DNA of 63,781 nucleotides, the filler included, from Squatina squatina (Eukaryota): NCBI GenBank assembly GCA_031763465.1. It is 4 parts of 4 records of this genome, joined end to end, with 100 filler letters (N's around TTAATTAATTAA, not from the genome) between each part and the next. Parts side by side here need not be neighbours in the genome. Positions count along the whole stretch, not along the records: positions 27,714 to 51,328 come from JARFOE010000046.1; positions 51,429 to 63,781 come from JARFOE010000192.1; 2 more parts are not named here. One strand, given 5' to 3'. The notes below the pieces were generated by a model. It saw only the letters and a program-made list of their open reading frames with translations, was not told where the DNA came from and made no database searches. The translations under genes and the position numbers were made by a program. Below are positions 50,148-62,090 of this stretch, piece by piece. Each line of letters begins with the position of its first letter. Position 1 is the first letter of the stretch.

Positions 50148-50247
50148 NNNNNNNNNNNNNNNNNNNNNNNNNNNNNNNNNNNNNNNNNNNNNNNNNNNNN
50201 NNNNNNNNNNNNNNNNNNNNNNNNNNNNNNNNNNNNNNNNNNNNNNN

Positions 50248-50442
50248 GAGTGTGAGAGTGTGAGAGTGTGAGAGTGTGAGAGTGTGAGAGTGTGAGAGTG
50301 TGAGAGTGTGAGAGTGTGAGAGTGTGAGAGTGAGAGAGTGTGAGAGAGAGTGAGAGAGAGTGAGAGAGAGTGAGAGAGAGTGAGAGAGTGTGAGAGAGAG
50401 TGAGAGAGAGTGAGAGAGAGTGAGAGAGTGAGAGTGTGAGAG
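50248..50442 (+). repeat. Compound microsatellite (GAGTGTGA)n grading into GA-rich repeats
   Basis: Direct tandem repeats. They account for the SH/LT low-complexity ORFs 50126-50716 and 50143-50481. Confidence 0.95.
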
Positions 50443-51328
50443 AAAAAAAAGAGAGAAGGAAAGAAAAGAAAGCTGCACCAAAGCTTAAATATTCAAGGTC
50501 AAAAATAAAGTCCGCTGTAACACCCAATACTCCGAGGGAGAGAAATTCATGGCATCGCGGTGAGTGGCTGTGACAGTGAGGAGTTCTGGTAGTTAATGCT
50601 GTAAACCCTTTTCTTTTCGAAGAGATTTCCTCAGATTGCTTGCACTTACCATTTTCTGCGACAGGAGAAATCACCCCAGAGGGTGGACGTGCGACAATAC
50701 AATGGTAAATGTTCAACTCTCCTTAATTTAACTCCTGCTATACCAGACTGAACTCAGCCACAAATCACAAAGGAAAAGTTGAAAATGGCAGAAATTTGAA
50801 GATCACCGAACCCCAGACCTTACTTACCTTCTCTCTTTACCGAGATGGACTGGCCAGCTGTGCAACTCCACAATTTCCTGGTTTTATTTAAATGTTCAGC
50901 ATTCATGTCATTTTTCTGGCGCTAGATTAAATCGGATGCAAATTTCCACAACTTGCCACGGTGGGATTTGAACTCTCAAACTATATCCTCCCTAGATTGC
51001 AGGGGACAAGCTCCTCCGATGGCTCGGGGGCGGGCGGGGTAGGGTGGTGGTGCGACTTGGAGACCAGGAAGGTCCCAGGTCCAAACCTCGACCTGCGCTG
51101 AGCCAGGTCATTCTCCATCCATCAGTTTCAACACAGCTTGCAACTTTTAAACACCTTAAATATAATGGCCCTGAAATTGCGATTCCCCCCCCCCCCGGGT
51201 GGGTACGATGTTTCCACGCACCCAGGGGGACCTCTCAAATGCTGAACCTAGAGCTCCTCTGCGCATGTCTGCAGATCCAGCACTTGCGATCTGTCAAGAT
51301 TTGTCTCAACAGATCCAATGCTTAGGCT

Positions 51329-51428
51329 NNNNNNNNNNNNNNNNNNNNNNNNNNNNNNNNNNNNNNNNNNNNTTAATTAATTAANNNNNNNNNNNNNNNN
51401 NNNNNNNNNNNNNNNNNNNNNNNNNNNN
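51329..51428. other. Artificial scaffold-concatenation linker
   Basis: TTAATTAATTAA at 51373-51384 within Ns. Confidence 0.95.
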
Positions 51429-52863
51429 CAACCCAACAAGGTTGATATTATATACCTGAATTTGTAACATAAGACAAATAGATATAGAAAAACACACATA
51501 CATTGATATGTGGAAGACTGCCACCTTGTGACTAAAATATATTTCTAACTTGGTGCAAATGATTTAGACCCCTGCAAGTCCCATTATAAGCATAGCAAAG
51601 CGTTTGTCTGCATTGTACACATTCTTAGTGAATAAGATGAAAAGCAGACCTTAATAAAGATCGATATCTTACTGCTTGAATTATATTACTTGAGGCGATT
51701 TTTGTATTTACAAAGAGTCCAGATGTTTAGTAGATTAAATATCAAAACATACTCCTGACCAATTCAATTGCTGTTTTATTGATGTTGCTTTAAAATGTCA
51801 AGATCGTAAGTAAACTATAATCATTTAAGTTTTGTAAAGATGCAGTACTATGTAGTTTGCTGTTCAGATAGCACTAACCTGCATTATTAATGTACCATGT
51901 GTTTTTGGCTTTAATGACTTTCACAAAAAGTACAGTAAATGGTCACAAGAGAACAAAAGTATTATGGAAGAGTGAGCACGATAAGCGAGTGCTTCACAAA
52001 TGAAACCAGATGTATGAAATTACAAGCTGTCGGATCAAAAAGGAAATGAAGATGATGAAGTGGTTCTCACCATAGAATATAATTATTTGTTTCAATCACT
52101 TACAATTTTTTTGCTCATAATCTTTAAATATCAGGACCCGCAATGACTATTAGCATACAACAACAATCAGCGAAGAGGCTAGAATGCATAATATCATCTT
52201 GGATGTTTTTATTTCTCTCTTACTTTTTTTAAAAACTGCTTTTAATGTAGCATGATAATATTTCACTACTAAAATATTGTCAGATAATTCACAGAACACC
52301 TAAAAAATATATATATATATATATATTGAAGGATCCCAAGATTATGGGGAAAAGAATATGATTCTATTTTGTTATTTTGTGTTGGTACCTATTTACACCT
52401 ACTTATTGTTTAAAGTGGCACTATCTTTATAAGAAAGTGTTTGCCAAACTGTATTTTCAATATTAATAATTTATCTAATTTGTTCTATCCACCAACAATG
52501 CAGTTCTCTTCGAGACACCCATATTATCAACCATCCTGATTCCTTTGACCTATTCTCACTAATTCATTAGCATAAATAGTGGACAGCAGAGGCTCCTATA
52601 TATCACTATCAATCATGGTTCCACTAGCTACTTCATAGTTGCGTGCTCCTCTACCGCTGTTAAACTGGACAAGGACAGTGTGCCTCAACTCATCACCTAC
52701 GTGACGATGACAAATGATCTTGAGGACTGAAACAAACCATGTCCCTCATCGTTGAATCACTCANNNNNNNNNNNNNNNNNNNNNNNNNNNNNNNNNNNNN
52801 NNNNNNNNNNNNNNNNNNNNNNNNNNNNNNNNNNNNNNNNNNNNNNNNNNNNNNNNNNNNNNN

Positions 52864-52970
52864 GATTAATTTGTTTTCTGATCTGGGACAAAGGTTCGGC
52901 ACAACATCGTGGGCCGAAGGGCCTGTTATGTGCTGTATGTGCTGTATGTTCTATGTTCTATGTTCTATGA
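52864..52970 (+). mobile_element. CR1/HER1-type 3' end with (TATGTTC)n tail
   Basis: GGTTCGGCACAACATCGTGGGCCGAAGGGCCTGTT hairpin followed by TATGTGC/TATGTTC repeats. Confidence 0.8.
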
Positions 52971-53169
52971 ATGTCTGGCTGTTTCCCTGCCCAAACAAAA
53001 CAGTTGGACAAATGCCTTCATGAATAGTACTCTTTTTAATTCCTAGTTTTTTTGCCTGCCGTAGTTATTAAAGATATGCATATATATGTGTGTGTATATT
53101 TATATATATCTATATAATATTTATTTAAATAAAAGACTTATACTCTTTTGTATGTTTTATTTTCCACAG

Positions 53170-53276
53170 TAACTGCTAGTAACTATCAGACCTGCCTTGG
53201 ATTGCTTCTCCATTACCCTTCTGTAGAAGATGTACATTCCTTAGTCCAGAAAGCCCTCTTCTTACGAGATCCAAAG
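53170..53276 (+). CDS. TBC1D5: TBC1D5 exon (end of Rab-GAP TBC region)
   Basis: tttccacAG acceptor, AAG|GTAAT donor, 107 bp. (L)TASNYQTCLGLLLHYPSVEDVHSLVQKALFLRDPK. Not in the ORF track. Confidence 0.9.
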
Positions 53277-54244
53277 GTAATACACCATTCTTTGAGGTAC
53301 ATTCTTATATTAAAAAAATGAAAAATACTTCAAGAATTGTGCTGCTCATCGATCCTCACTGAGATTCAGCTGTATAGAGACCTCATTTAAAATGATAAAT
53401 GATGTGACATTAAGGGATGTTTATTACCTATGAAATAAGTTGAAATCAATTAACATGCAAAATTCTTGATTCTAAAAGTTTCATAAGTGGAAGTTGCAAT
53501 TATTTTAAGATTTAAAATTACAAGTCAAATGCAGCTATAGAGTGGAATGATGTGCTTGAATACTTCAGAAACAATAACAATTAAATGTTGACTCTCAGTA
53601 GTAAACAGCTAGGAAAATATATATTATAAGCATATGGAATACCTATATTTGTAGTGCATTCTATGAAGATGGGTAAAATCTGGTACCAACACTTTTACTG
53701 TAGTGAAAAATAAGAACATTGTTGTGGTATCACCACTATGGTTTGCTGGTTCAACAATGGTCATTTGCTGGCTTATAAAAAGAAGGAAATGTTCTGAATT
53801 ATTGTACATTTGAGGGCACATCTGCAGCAAGGCCCCATTAATAATTCATCAATTATAGCCTCAGAACTGCAGTCAATATTTGTTTTATGAGACCCATGAG
53901 CTAAATTTATTTTTCAAATGGGAAATGTTTTCACCCATTTTGAATGGTTAATAGCCTGTGCTTTGTGGTCTGTTCACTGAAGATTATTACCTACAGTCAT
54001 CAGTTATTTGTCAGGAGTGAAAACATTTTCTCATGTATAATTTTCAGTGAATCATGTTTTTCAGTCCAAAAGTATAATAAATGTATAACCTANNNNNNNN
54101 NNAAGCAACACTGTTCTTATTTTTTTAAAAAGACACTGTCAGTAAATGCAAGCAATTTTCTCTTACGAAATATCCATAATTGTGTCTATGCTTATAGATG
54201 ACCATTTGTTTGTTGTTCGGCCTGTTCTGTGACATCAAGATGCC

Positions 54245-54424
54245 AGCCTTGGCTCAGTGGTAGCAATGTTGCTTCTTAGTCAGCAGATTGTGAGTTTCAG
54301 ACCCACCACAGAGAAGCATAATTTTAGGCTAACACTTCAGTGCAGTATTGAGCTGCTCTGTCGGAGGTTAAACCGAGGTCCCTTCTGCCCTCTCAGGTGG
54401 AAGTAAAAGATCCAGTGGCATTAT
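54245..54424 (+). mobile_element. DeuSINE 5' fragment
   Basis: GGCTCAGTGGTAGCA head; GTTAAACCGAGGTCCCTTCTGCCCTCTCAGGTGGAAGTAAAAGATCC Deu core. Confidence 0.8.
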
Positions 54425-57262
54425 NNNNNNNNNNNNNNNNNNNNNNNNNNNNNNNNNNNNNNNNNNNNNNNNNNNNNNNNNNNNNNNNNNNNNNNNNNNN
54501 NNNNNNNNNNNNNNNNNNNNNNNNCCATCGTAATGGTTAAAGTTTTTAGCCATTACAATGTATGAAGAACTCCGCCTTATATACTGCAAAAGTCTAGGTA
54601 CGTATTATACACGGTGATAAGGCAAATTTGAATCTTCATTCATGAAAATCTGAGTGCGTATTATACTTTGGGGTGTATTATATTCAGAAAATTATGGTAA
54701 TTGAATACAGCCATTAGCAATTCAAGAAGCACCTGGGCACCTTTTCAAGCCAATCACTACTAAAATTACATTTCTACCTCTGTCTCATAAGACAAGAAAT
54801 CTGTTATCACCAAACTCGGATCTTCCTTTTCCTGCTCATTAGTTTTTGTTGCAAGACCCATTGCTCAGTTCCTTATTTATAACCATGAGAGATCTCATAT
54901 AAACTCAGCATGGAGGCTCCATCTACAATGATTCTGTAGTAACACCAGAGTGTATAGTCTGAGTTTCAGTTTTTCAGAAGTCAAGGATTAGGGGCTAGAC
55001 ATTCAGTATCGACCCGTTTGGGGCGTTAACTATTGATAAGTTGGAAGTTTAGCACCAGGCGTTAAACAATCTTGCTGCCCACTAAATTTAGTCTCAGTGC
55101 TCAAAGGATACAGGAGAGTGCTAAATCAGGCGCTAATGATGTAGGTGAGTGGTGTTAGACTCCGAGCGATGACAAATATGAGGTGTTGTGTAATTGGGAG
55201 TGAGCACTGGTGAAGGTGCCATCCAGCCATTAAAGGGGAGGGGCACTGGAGTCTGCACACCAGTTCCCAGTGGTGCGGGGAGAGCAGAACGGGTGATCTG
55301 TCGGTATGGCATGAAATGCAAAGGCCTTTGACAACCCGCAACACTCCGGGGACTAAGCAGCATTGATCTGCTTGCAGATACATCATGTGTAGAAACTTCC
55401 TTTTTTGTTGCAATTCCATAAAATCTGAAAAAATGACATCCTATCTTAAATGCATATTTCAAGTATTAAGGACTACAGTGTGCAGGTAAATATATCAATT
55501 GATATTTCTGAAACTGCCTGATTATTCAAATAAATTTGCATCATAAAGTCCAGTCAAATGTTGATTAGTGGGTGGATAAAGTAACATTGTGCAGAATTGC
55601 CTTCATTGAACAAACTAAGGACAATGTACCCTATTAACAGTCTTGATGCCAGAAATGCCATGGTACTGATTTGGGATGTAAGGCTCTTCTTTGATCAAGA
55701 TGAACTATAGGTAAAATGGAAAGTTATTAAGTCTCAAATGCCATTAAGTTTCATCGCAGCTTATTTGTGTTAAGTATGTTGCTGAAGTGCTTTACTCTGT
55801 CTGAATCCATTGTGATTTTAATTAAAATCTACTTTTTGCACAAATTATGTTGCTTTAATTTATTGGAAATTATCAGACATCTTTTGTCAGTATCTTTAAC
55901 CTTATTAAATGTCATTAGAAAATAATCATATTTTCATTGTGATGTATTACTGATACCAGTGTACCAGTAGGAAAATGTTAAAAGATACCAGAGAGCAACA
56001 TGTGAACTAATTAAAATTTTACAGGTTCTTTGTCAAGTTTTATTTGTTAAAAATGATCAAGTTCATTAGCTAGATAACAGATGTTTTTTAATAGCCTAAT
56101 TATAATGACCTTGTTTGTACCTATCAGGTACATAATTTCTCACTGTTGGAACACTGCCCATTTTGAAATGCAGAATTAACACTTGCAATGCTGAAGTAAT
56201 AGCCTGTTTCATTTCAAGAACTAATACTTGAGACATTACCTGGAATTTTTTTTAATTTTCCTCCAACAAGTGTAAATAGGAGAGTTTTGACATTCACAAT
56301 ACAATGTAGAAGAATATTCCTCATTTGTATATGTAAATAGCAACAAATCATTTAACAGTATTATTGTCCATAACAGATTCTATGGGCACAACAGGAAAAG
56401 ATATGACTGATCGATCTCACGCGAATCTGGGGGCAGAGCTACAACTAACAGTTGTATTACAAGAGCAAAATATCTTAAAGAATTATTTAAGTTATGTTCC
56501 TGTTGTTTTATTCACAAAACAATTGCTGCTCTGCCTCCAGATTCTCCTGATAGATCAACTTGTCATGTCTTTTCCTACTGTGCCCACAATATCTGTTAAG
56601 CTGGTACTACTGCAAAATGATTTTTACCCACATGTTGCAACAAAATTAAGAACCGTGGGCACCCAATTGGTCTTTTTAACATTTGTGGTTCTATTGGACC
56701 AATAAGTGTAAATTTAGCGCCCGTTTTGCACCATTATTCTAAGCCGCAGAATTGGTCTCTTAGAAAAAAATTTGNNNNNNNNNNNNNNNNNNNNNNNNNN
56801 NNNNNNNNNNNNNNNNNNNNNNNNNNNNNNNNNNNNNNNNNNNNNNNNNNNNNNNNNNNNNNNNNNNNNNNNNNAACCAGCTTAAAAGTTTGTGGATATT
56901 CCAGTGTAAAGTGGTTATGGGCACAACCAACTTATGCTTAAAATTCCACGATCTGATATCTGGGTGGAAATCATGTAAAACCCAAGGCCCACAGACTGAG
57001 TGAGCACTAAAATAGAGAAGGGGTTCTACTGACCAAGCAACAGGCAATGCGTGACTAATCGTGAGCTGTTCCTTAAAGTGTAGCCAAAGCATTAACTATT
57101 TTATGATCCAAGTAGATTCAACCTAATTAAATAAATACAACATCCTGCCAATGGATTCTCATTTGTCCAACCTTGGAGCTCTCATTTTAGAATATAAAAT
57201 AATCACTTACTATATTTTTCTGTACAGCCTACAAATTTGTTTCACATTTTATTTCTTTTTAG

Positions 57263-57348
57263 AACAACCCAAGACCAGTGAATTACCAGTTCCAACAGAA
57301 TCTAGATTACTACAGGGCACGTGGTGCAGAAATTGTAAATAAGACACG
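57263..57348 (+). CDS. TBC1D5: TBC1D5 exon
   Basis: tttctttttAG acceptor, CG|GTAAG donor, 86 bp. NNPRPVNYQFQQNLDYYRARGAEIVNKT(R) continues in frame from the 53170 exon. Confidence 0.9.
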
Positions 57349-57609
57349 GTAAGATTTACAGACAGCTACAATGTTAGACTTGTTATTCCTACCAAGTTTC
57401 TTTTCACAAAATTTGAAGATATATTAATTAAATAGTGAAACCATTGTAGGACAAAGGAAATTCCTATCATGCTGTGTTTGTAAGTTTTCAGCTCAGCCTT
57501 ATTACTGCAATATTAACTCTAACTAAAATAAACACTTAAAAATCAAACTTGATTTAAAATAAGAGCATGGAAATCATGCTCTCCGAAATTATTGTCGTCG
57601 TCAAGGGGC

Positions 57610-57997
57610 TTATCCAGAAGTAGACGATGCCGTGACCAGCTTCTTCCAACCGTTGGAGTTCAGGCCCCTCGCGTGCCTAATCGGTAATAAGGCTGTTAAG
57701 TAGCACTTTTATGTTGTCATCCCATCTTGATCTGGGTCTGCCTGATGGTCTCTTCCATGTGGTGATGAATGCTCTGGCAATATCAGACTTGGGGTGGCTG
57801 ATGAGGTGTCCATGCCAGAAGAGTTGGTAACGATCAACCAACCAGGACAGCGGTGGCTGATTAGTCAGGTTGCAACAGTCTAATTTATGATTTTGTCATC
57901 TGACTTGACCTATAGTAGTGGGCAAAGCAATCTAGAATGAAATCCATCAATTCTTCTATTCATTACATTGGTGCGTACCCACATTTCTGAATCATAT
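57610..57997 (-). mobile_element. RTE-clade LINE ORF C-terminal fragment
   Basis: YDSEMW...RRIDGFHSRLL...TNQPPLS...QLFWHGHL...WKRPSGRPRSRWDDNIK, the RTE C-terminal motif, with a frameshift. Confidence 0.75.
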
Positions 57998-58163
57998 TTA
58001 AATATTGATAACACTAATGCATTGTAGAGCTAGATTTTGAGATTGTGAATTATGTTCAATCTCNNNNNNNNNNNNNNNNNNNNNNNNNNNNNNNNNNNNN
58101 NNNNNNNNNNNNNNNNNNNNNNNNNNNNNNNNNNNNNNNNNNNNNNNNNNNNNNNNNNNNNNN

Positions 58164-58663
58164 CCGTCACTCGATTTCACACTCGCAGTCACCAGCTCAA
58201 ATATTGACACTCCATGTACTTTAAAGGATAGCTTAGACATAAGATCTGCCCAAAGTGAGACACTGGGCATGAGTAGCCTGCAGCCAGGACAGGAGGCAAG
58301 GGAAGTGCAGGTGTCAACTCCCTGGAGGGTGAGGTCACACATGAGTTCTGCTGAAGAGGACTCAGACGAGCACTTCAATGGGGCAGGCTACAGAAGAAAG
58401 CTAATGGGCATGCACAATGAAATGCTTGGTGCATTGGCAAGCCTGCCAGAAAGCCTGTGTGCGATGACAAGGAACATGGAGTAGTCCAGCACTAACCTTG
58501 CACAGGGCTTTGTGCAGAGCTTGGAGCCCATTCTTTCCAGTATAGAAGTGATGGCCAACTCCATTAGCGCATTTGTGGACCCGACCATGATGCAGTCTGA
58601 TGTCCAATGTCTCAGCTTCCGTTGTAGCACAAGCAAAAGCCAACTAGTGTCTGGGTGCTGCAG
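58164..58663 (+). mobile_element. Probable C-terminal part of a Harbinger Myb-like gene
   Basis: SSAEEDSDEHF.G..YRRKLMGMHNEMLGALASLPESL..M.RNME*SS.NLAQGF: acidic patch plus coiled coil with an internal stop, resembling shark Harbinger ORF2 tails as I recall them. Confidence 0.4.
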
Positions 58664-58775
58664 NNNNNNNNNNNNNNNNNNNNNNNNNNNNNNNNNNNNN
58701 NNNNNNNNNNNNNNNNNNNNNNNNNNNNNNNNNNNNNNNNNNNNNNNNNNNNNNNNNNNNNNNTTTTCACTACAG

Positions 58776-58921
58776 TGCAGCCAATTCAACAAGGTCTCAA
58801 CACTAGAAGGACACTTGGGCACTCTTATCCCTCTTTGCCCCCTGGCTACCAAAACCAAGCTGGCCCTGGGATCCCAGGCGGTCAGCTGGCAAACACAGCA
58901 GGACCACAGCAATTTTCTCAG
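58776..58921 (+). CDS. SEC24A: SEC24A-like exon (N-terminal low-complexity region)
   Basis: ttttcactacAG acceptor, CAG|GTATGT donor, 146 bp. (V)QPIQQGLNTRRTLGHSYPSLPPGYQNQAGPGIPGGQLANTAGPQQFSQ vs recalled human SEC24A ..RSVGYSYPSLPPGYQN...GPQAFTQ|. Confidence 0.7.
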
Positions 58922-58929
58922 GTATGTGA

Positions 58930-59410
58930 GGTGCTGATCCTAGCTCTACAGCCCTGGTTAGACCACACCTGGTGTACTATGAGCAGTTCTGGGCACCACA
59001 CCATATGAAGGATATATTGGCCTAGGAGGGCGTGCAATGTAGATTTACCAGAATGACGCTTGGAGGAACAGTTACACAAACTGCAGGTTACAGGTTTTAT
59101 TCCCTGGAATTTAGAAAGTTAAGGGGTGATTTAGTCAAAGCTTTCACGAAAGTAAGGGGAACAGATAGGGTAGATAGAGAGAGATTATTTTTGTTGGTTG
59201 GGGAGTGTTGGACTATGGAGCATTTCTAAAAAATTAGAGCTAGGCCTTTCAGGAGTGAAATTAGGAAACACTTTTACACACAAAGGGTGGTAGGAGTTTG
59301 GAAGTCTCTTCCGCAAACGGCAATTGATGCTTGGCCAATTGTTAATTTTAAAACTGAGATTGATAGATTTTTGTTAACTAAAGGTGTTAAGGAATATGGG
59401 GCAAAAGCTC
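58930..59410 (+). mobile_element. CR1 ORF2 3' fragment
   Basis: ALVRPHL.YYEQFWAP...QCRFTRM...RKLRGDL...FRSEIRKHFYTQRVVGVWKSLP...FKTEIDRFL. Confidence 0.88.
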
Positions 59411-59947
59411 AAGTTAAGTCCCAGCAGCCCTTGTCAAAGAGGGACAATTGGAGAAGTCAACCCAGTTGTACTCTTTTTTTTTTCTTTTTTCTTGTTGATT
59501 GTGGAGCAATGTTAGTGAAGACCTGGGTGCAAGTTTCTTGTGATTTTGCCTGGAGTGGAATATAGCACAGGGAAAGCAAAGGGAAGAAAATGTCTTTTTT
59601 AAAAAGTGCACATATTTGAAGAATTGTTTAACCCAGCTTGAATTTAAAACTTTAAAACAGCTTAAGGTGCAGCCTTAAAGATCAGGATCCATTTTAAATG
59701 GTCAACATCGGGCTGGGAGAACAGCCGATAAGTGGTGAATCTTCTGCCAGACTAAATGTCATGTCAGTTAGTGACTTCAAATGTCTCACGAGATCTCATG
59801 ACTATTTTAAAGCAAGTCTTCTACTGCAGAGGGACCCAAGGAAGGGTGATTCAAAGAGGAAAGAAAAAAACACTCTGTATTGAAAAGTTATTTGTAAAGG
59901 ATTTGCTTAGTTTTTAAAGGTGCACTTAATTTTTTTTTAAATTTCAG

Positions 59948-60047
59948 GAGGATGAATTGGAGGCACAGGTCTCATTTCTTCAAGGACAACTGAATGACCT
60001 CGAGGCAATGTGCAAATTCTGTGCTAAGATGATGAATGTACACATAT
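59948..60047 (+). CDS. TBC1D5: TBC1D5 exon (coiled-coil region)
   Basis: tttcAG acceptor, T|GTAAGT donor, 100 bp. EDELEAQVSFLQGQLNDLEAMCKFCAKMMNVHI. Confidence 0.92.
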
Positions 60048-60910
60048 GTAAGTATTGATAGGATTTTTTTCCCCCAGGAGTAATGCGATCATTGCATACA
60101 ACATATTGATGCATATTTACCTATGCAATTATGATTCCTCCTATTTTTGCTCTCCGATGTCTTTTTGTAAGTTAATCAGTTATTATCACATCTCTCAAAG
60201 TACTGTATTAGTTTTAGGCTTAATTTAATCAACTGGGCATGTTAAGGGCATCCAGCTCACAAAGCCCAGGCAGCTGAGTTCTATTTCCACTTGCTCTGCT
60301 GGTGTGGCTTGTTCGACTTTTGTGTGCTGGGGAGTTTGGAAAGAGCTTAGTGTTGTTGTCTCATTGGTGGATATATCTAATAAATCAGAACACCAAGTTC
60401 TATTATTAATAGCGAAATGAGATATACGTGATTTCAAGAGAACATGGAGTTAAACTGTATTTACAACACCCCCATCCCGAAGGCTCTGATCAACAGTACA
60501 ACTTCGGATGCATTTTACTTAATTAAATTTATTTTAGCTTCTCAAAAAAGGATTTATTTTCTTGCTGAAAATATGAAAAACTTTTTTTCTGTACTTTGCT
60601 GCAGAAATATTACTGTGTCTTACATCCACTGTTTTTATTTGTGGGTTACTTTAATTAATTCTAAATATTAAGAGTTTTTGAATTTTCCAATTCAAAGTAT
60701 TTATGACTTCCTTGTAATGCTAATGTTTATATTTTAAAAAGATTTTGCGGCATGAGGTGATCAGTGCATGTTTTCAACAATTTAACTGCATTTCAAATGT
60801 ACGTGTGCATNNNNNNNNNNNNNNNNNNNNNNNNNNNNNNNNNNNNNNNNNNNNNNNNNNNNNNNNNNNNNNNNNNNNNNNNNNNNNNNNNNNNNNNNNN
60901 NNNNNNNNNN

Positions 60911-61603
60911 AGGTTTCAGTTGTGGCTGCAGCAGGTGGCAGATTTCAGTGAGGACGTTCTTAATGAAGTGCAGACGTCTCCCACATTGTTCCTCGCTGAG
61001 GTTCAGGTAGGAGAATTACTCCCTGAACACCTGCCACAGCACTCCCTGTACAGTCTAGCAACTTGAAACAACTATAGAAAGCATGAAACCCTTGTAGAAT
61101 TGTAGCAACAACCAGAAGAAATCAACCTGCAACTAACCTGTGAATAGTTGATGATCCTTTTAAATAACGCTTGCGGGGATCCTTCTTGAATGTGAGTCAG
61201 CTGCACGGGGTTAAGAGAGGCGTTGGCTGGAGCATTGAGCTCCAAAATGTGAGTGTGGCCGTCACATCAGCGTTGCATGCTGATTGACATCATGATCTCC
61301 CTGTTCTGCATACTTGCGGTGGACTTTCACTGTGCGCGCTAATGCCTGCACCAATAAGACATCTGGTGCTATTTGCCCCACAAGTGTGCTTGTGCGCCGC
61401 GGACACCATTTATGAGCTCCAAGGGCAGTCAGAGCATCCAAAAAACGGATNNNNNNNNNNNNNNNNNNNNNNNNNNNNNNNNNNNNNNNNNNNNNNNNNN
61501 NNNNNNNNNNNNNNNNNNNNNNNNNNNNNNNNNNNNNNNNNNNNNNNNNNATCACATCTCCCACGACCCCCGTCCACCCATTTATTTCGGTTAAAATTTC
61601 CCC
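60911..61603 (-). mobile_element. Harbinger transposon 5' part with HARBI1-like transposase N-terminus
   Basis: 60911-61030 reads VFRE*FSYLNLSEEQCGRRLHFIKNVLTEICHLLQPQLKP. The element ends at TTAAAATTTCCCC followed by AAT (61604-61606); a gap at 61451-61550 lies in between. Confidence 0.7.
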
Positions 61604-61679
61604 AATGGATTTGTATTAAGCGGTCTGGATCTGTGTGGTAAAGCTGCTATAATTCGAGGTGCACCTGTTAAAACTCAGT

Positions 61680-62090
61680 TACATAGAATCATGGAATCAT
61701 CGAATGGTTACAGCAGAAAAGGAGTTCATTGGGCCCGACCAAACAGTGCCCAGCTCTCTGCAGGAACACTCAGCGAGCCCCAATCCCCCGCACTTTCTCT
61801 ACAGCCCGACATTTTCTCCTTCGGGCACTTATCCAATTTCCTTTTGAAACCAACTTTTCAGGCAGTGCTTTCCAGATTACAACCAGTCGCTGTGTAAAAT
61901 ATATATTTCCTCATGTTGCCTTTGGAGCTTGTGCTGATCACCTTCAAACTGTTTCCTGCGATACTCGATACTCTCGCCAACGGGAACAGTTTCACTTTAT
62001 CTCCTCTGTCTAGACACCTCATAACTTTGAGAACCTCCATCAAATCTCCTCTCAATCATCTCTGTTCTAAGGACAACAGCCCTTCACCCA
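61680..62090 (-). mobile_element. CR1 3' end
   Basis: RGDLMEVLKVMRCLDRGDKVKLFPLA...GNMRKYIF plus the CATAGAAT tail. Confidence 0.85.

Noticed and set aside
50126-50716. 196-aa Ser/His/Leu/Thr-repeat ORF
   Set aside because: Translation of a microsatellite plus an N gap.
52050-52130. ATGATGA as a C/D snoRNA C box
   Set aside because: No suitably placed CTGA D box or terminal stem.
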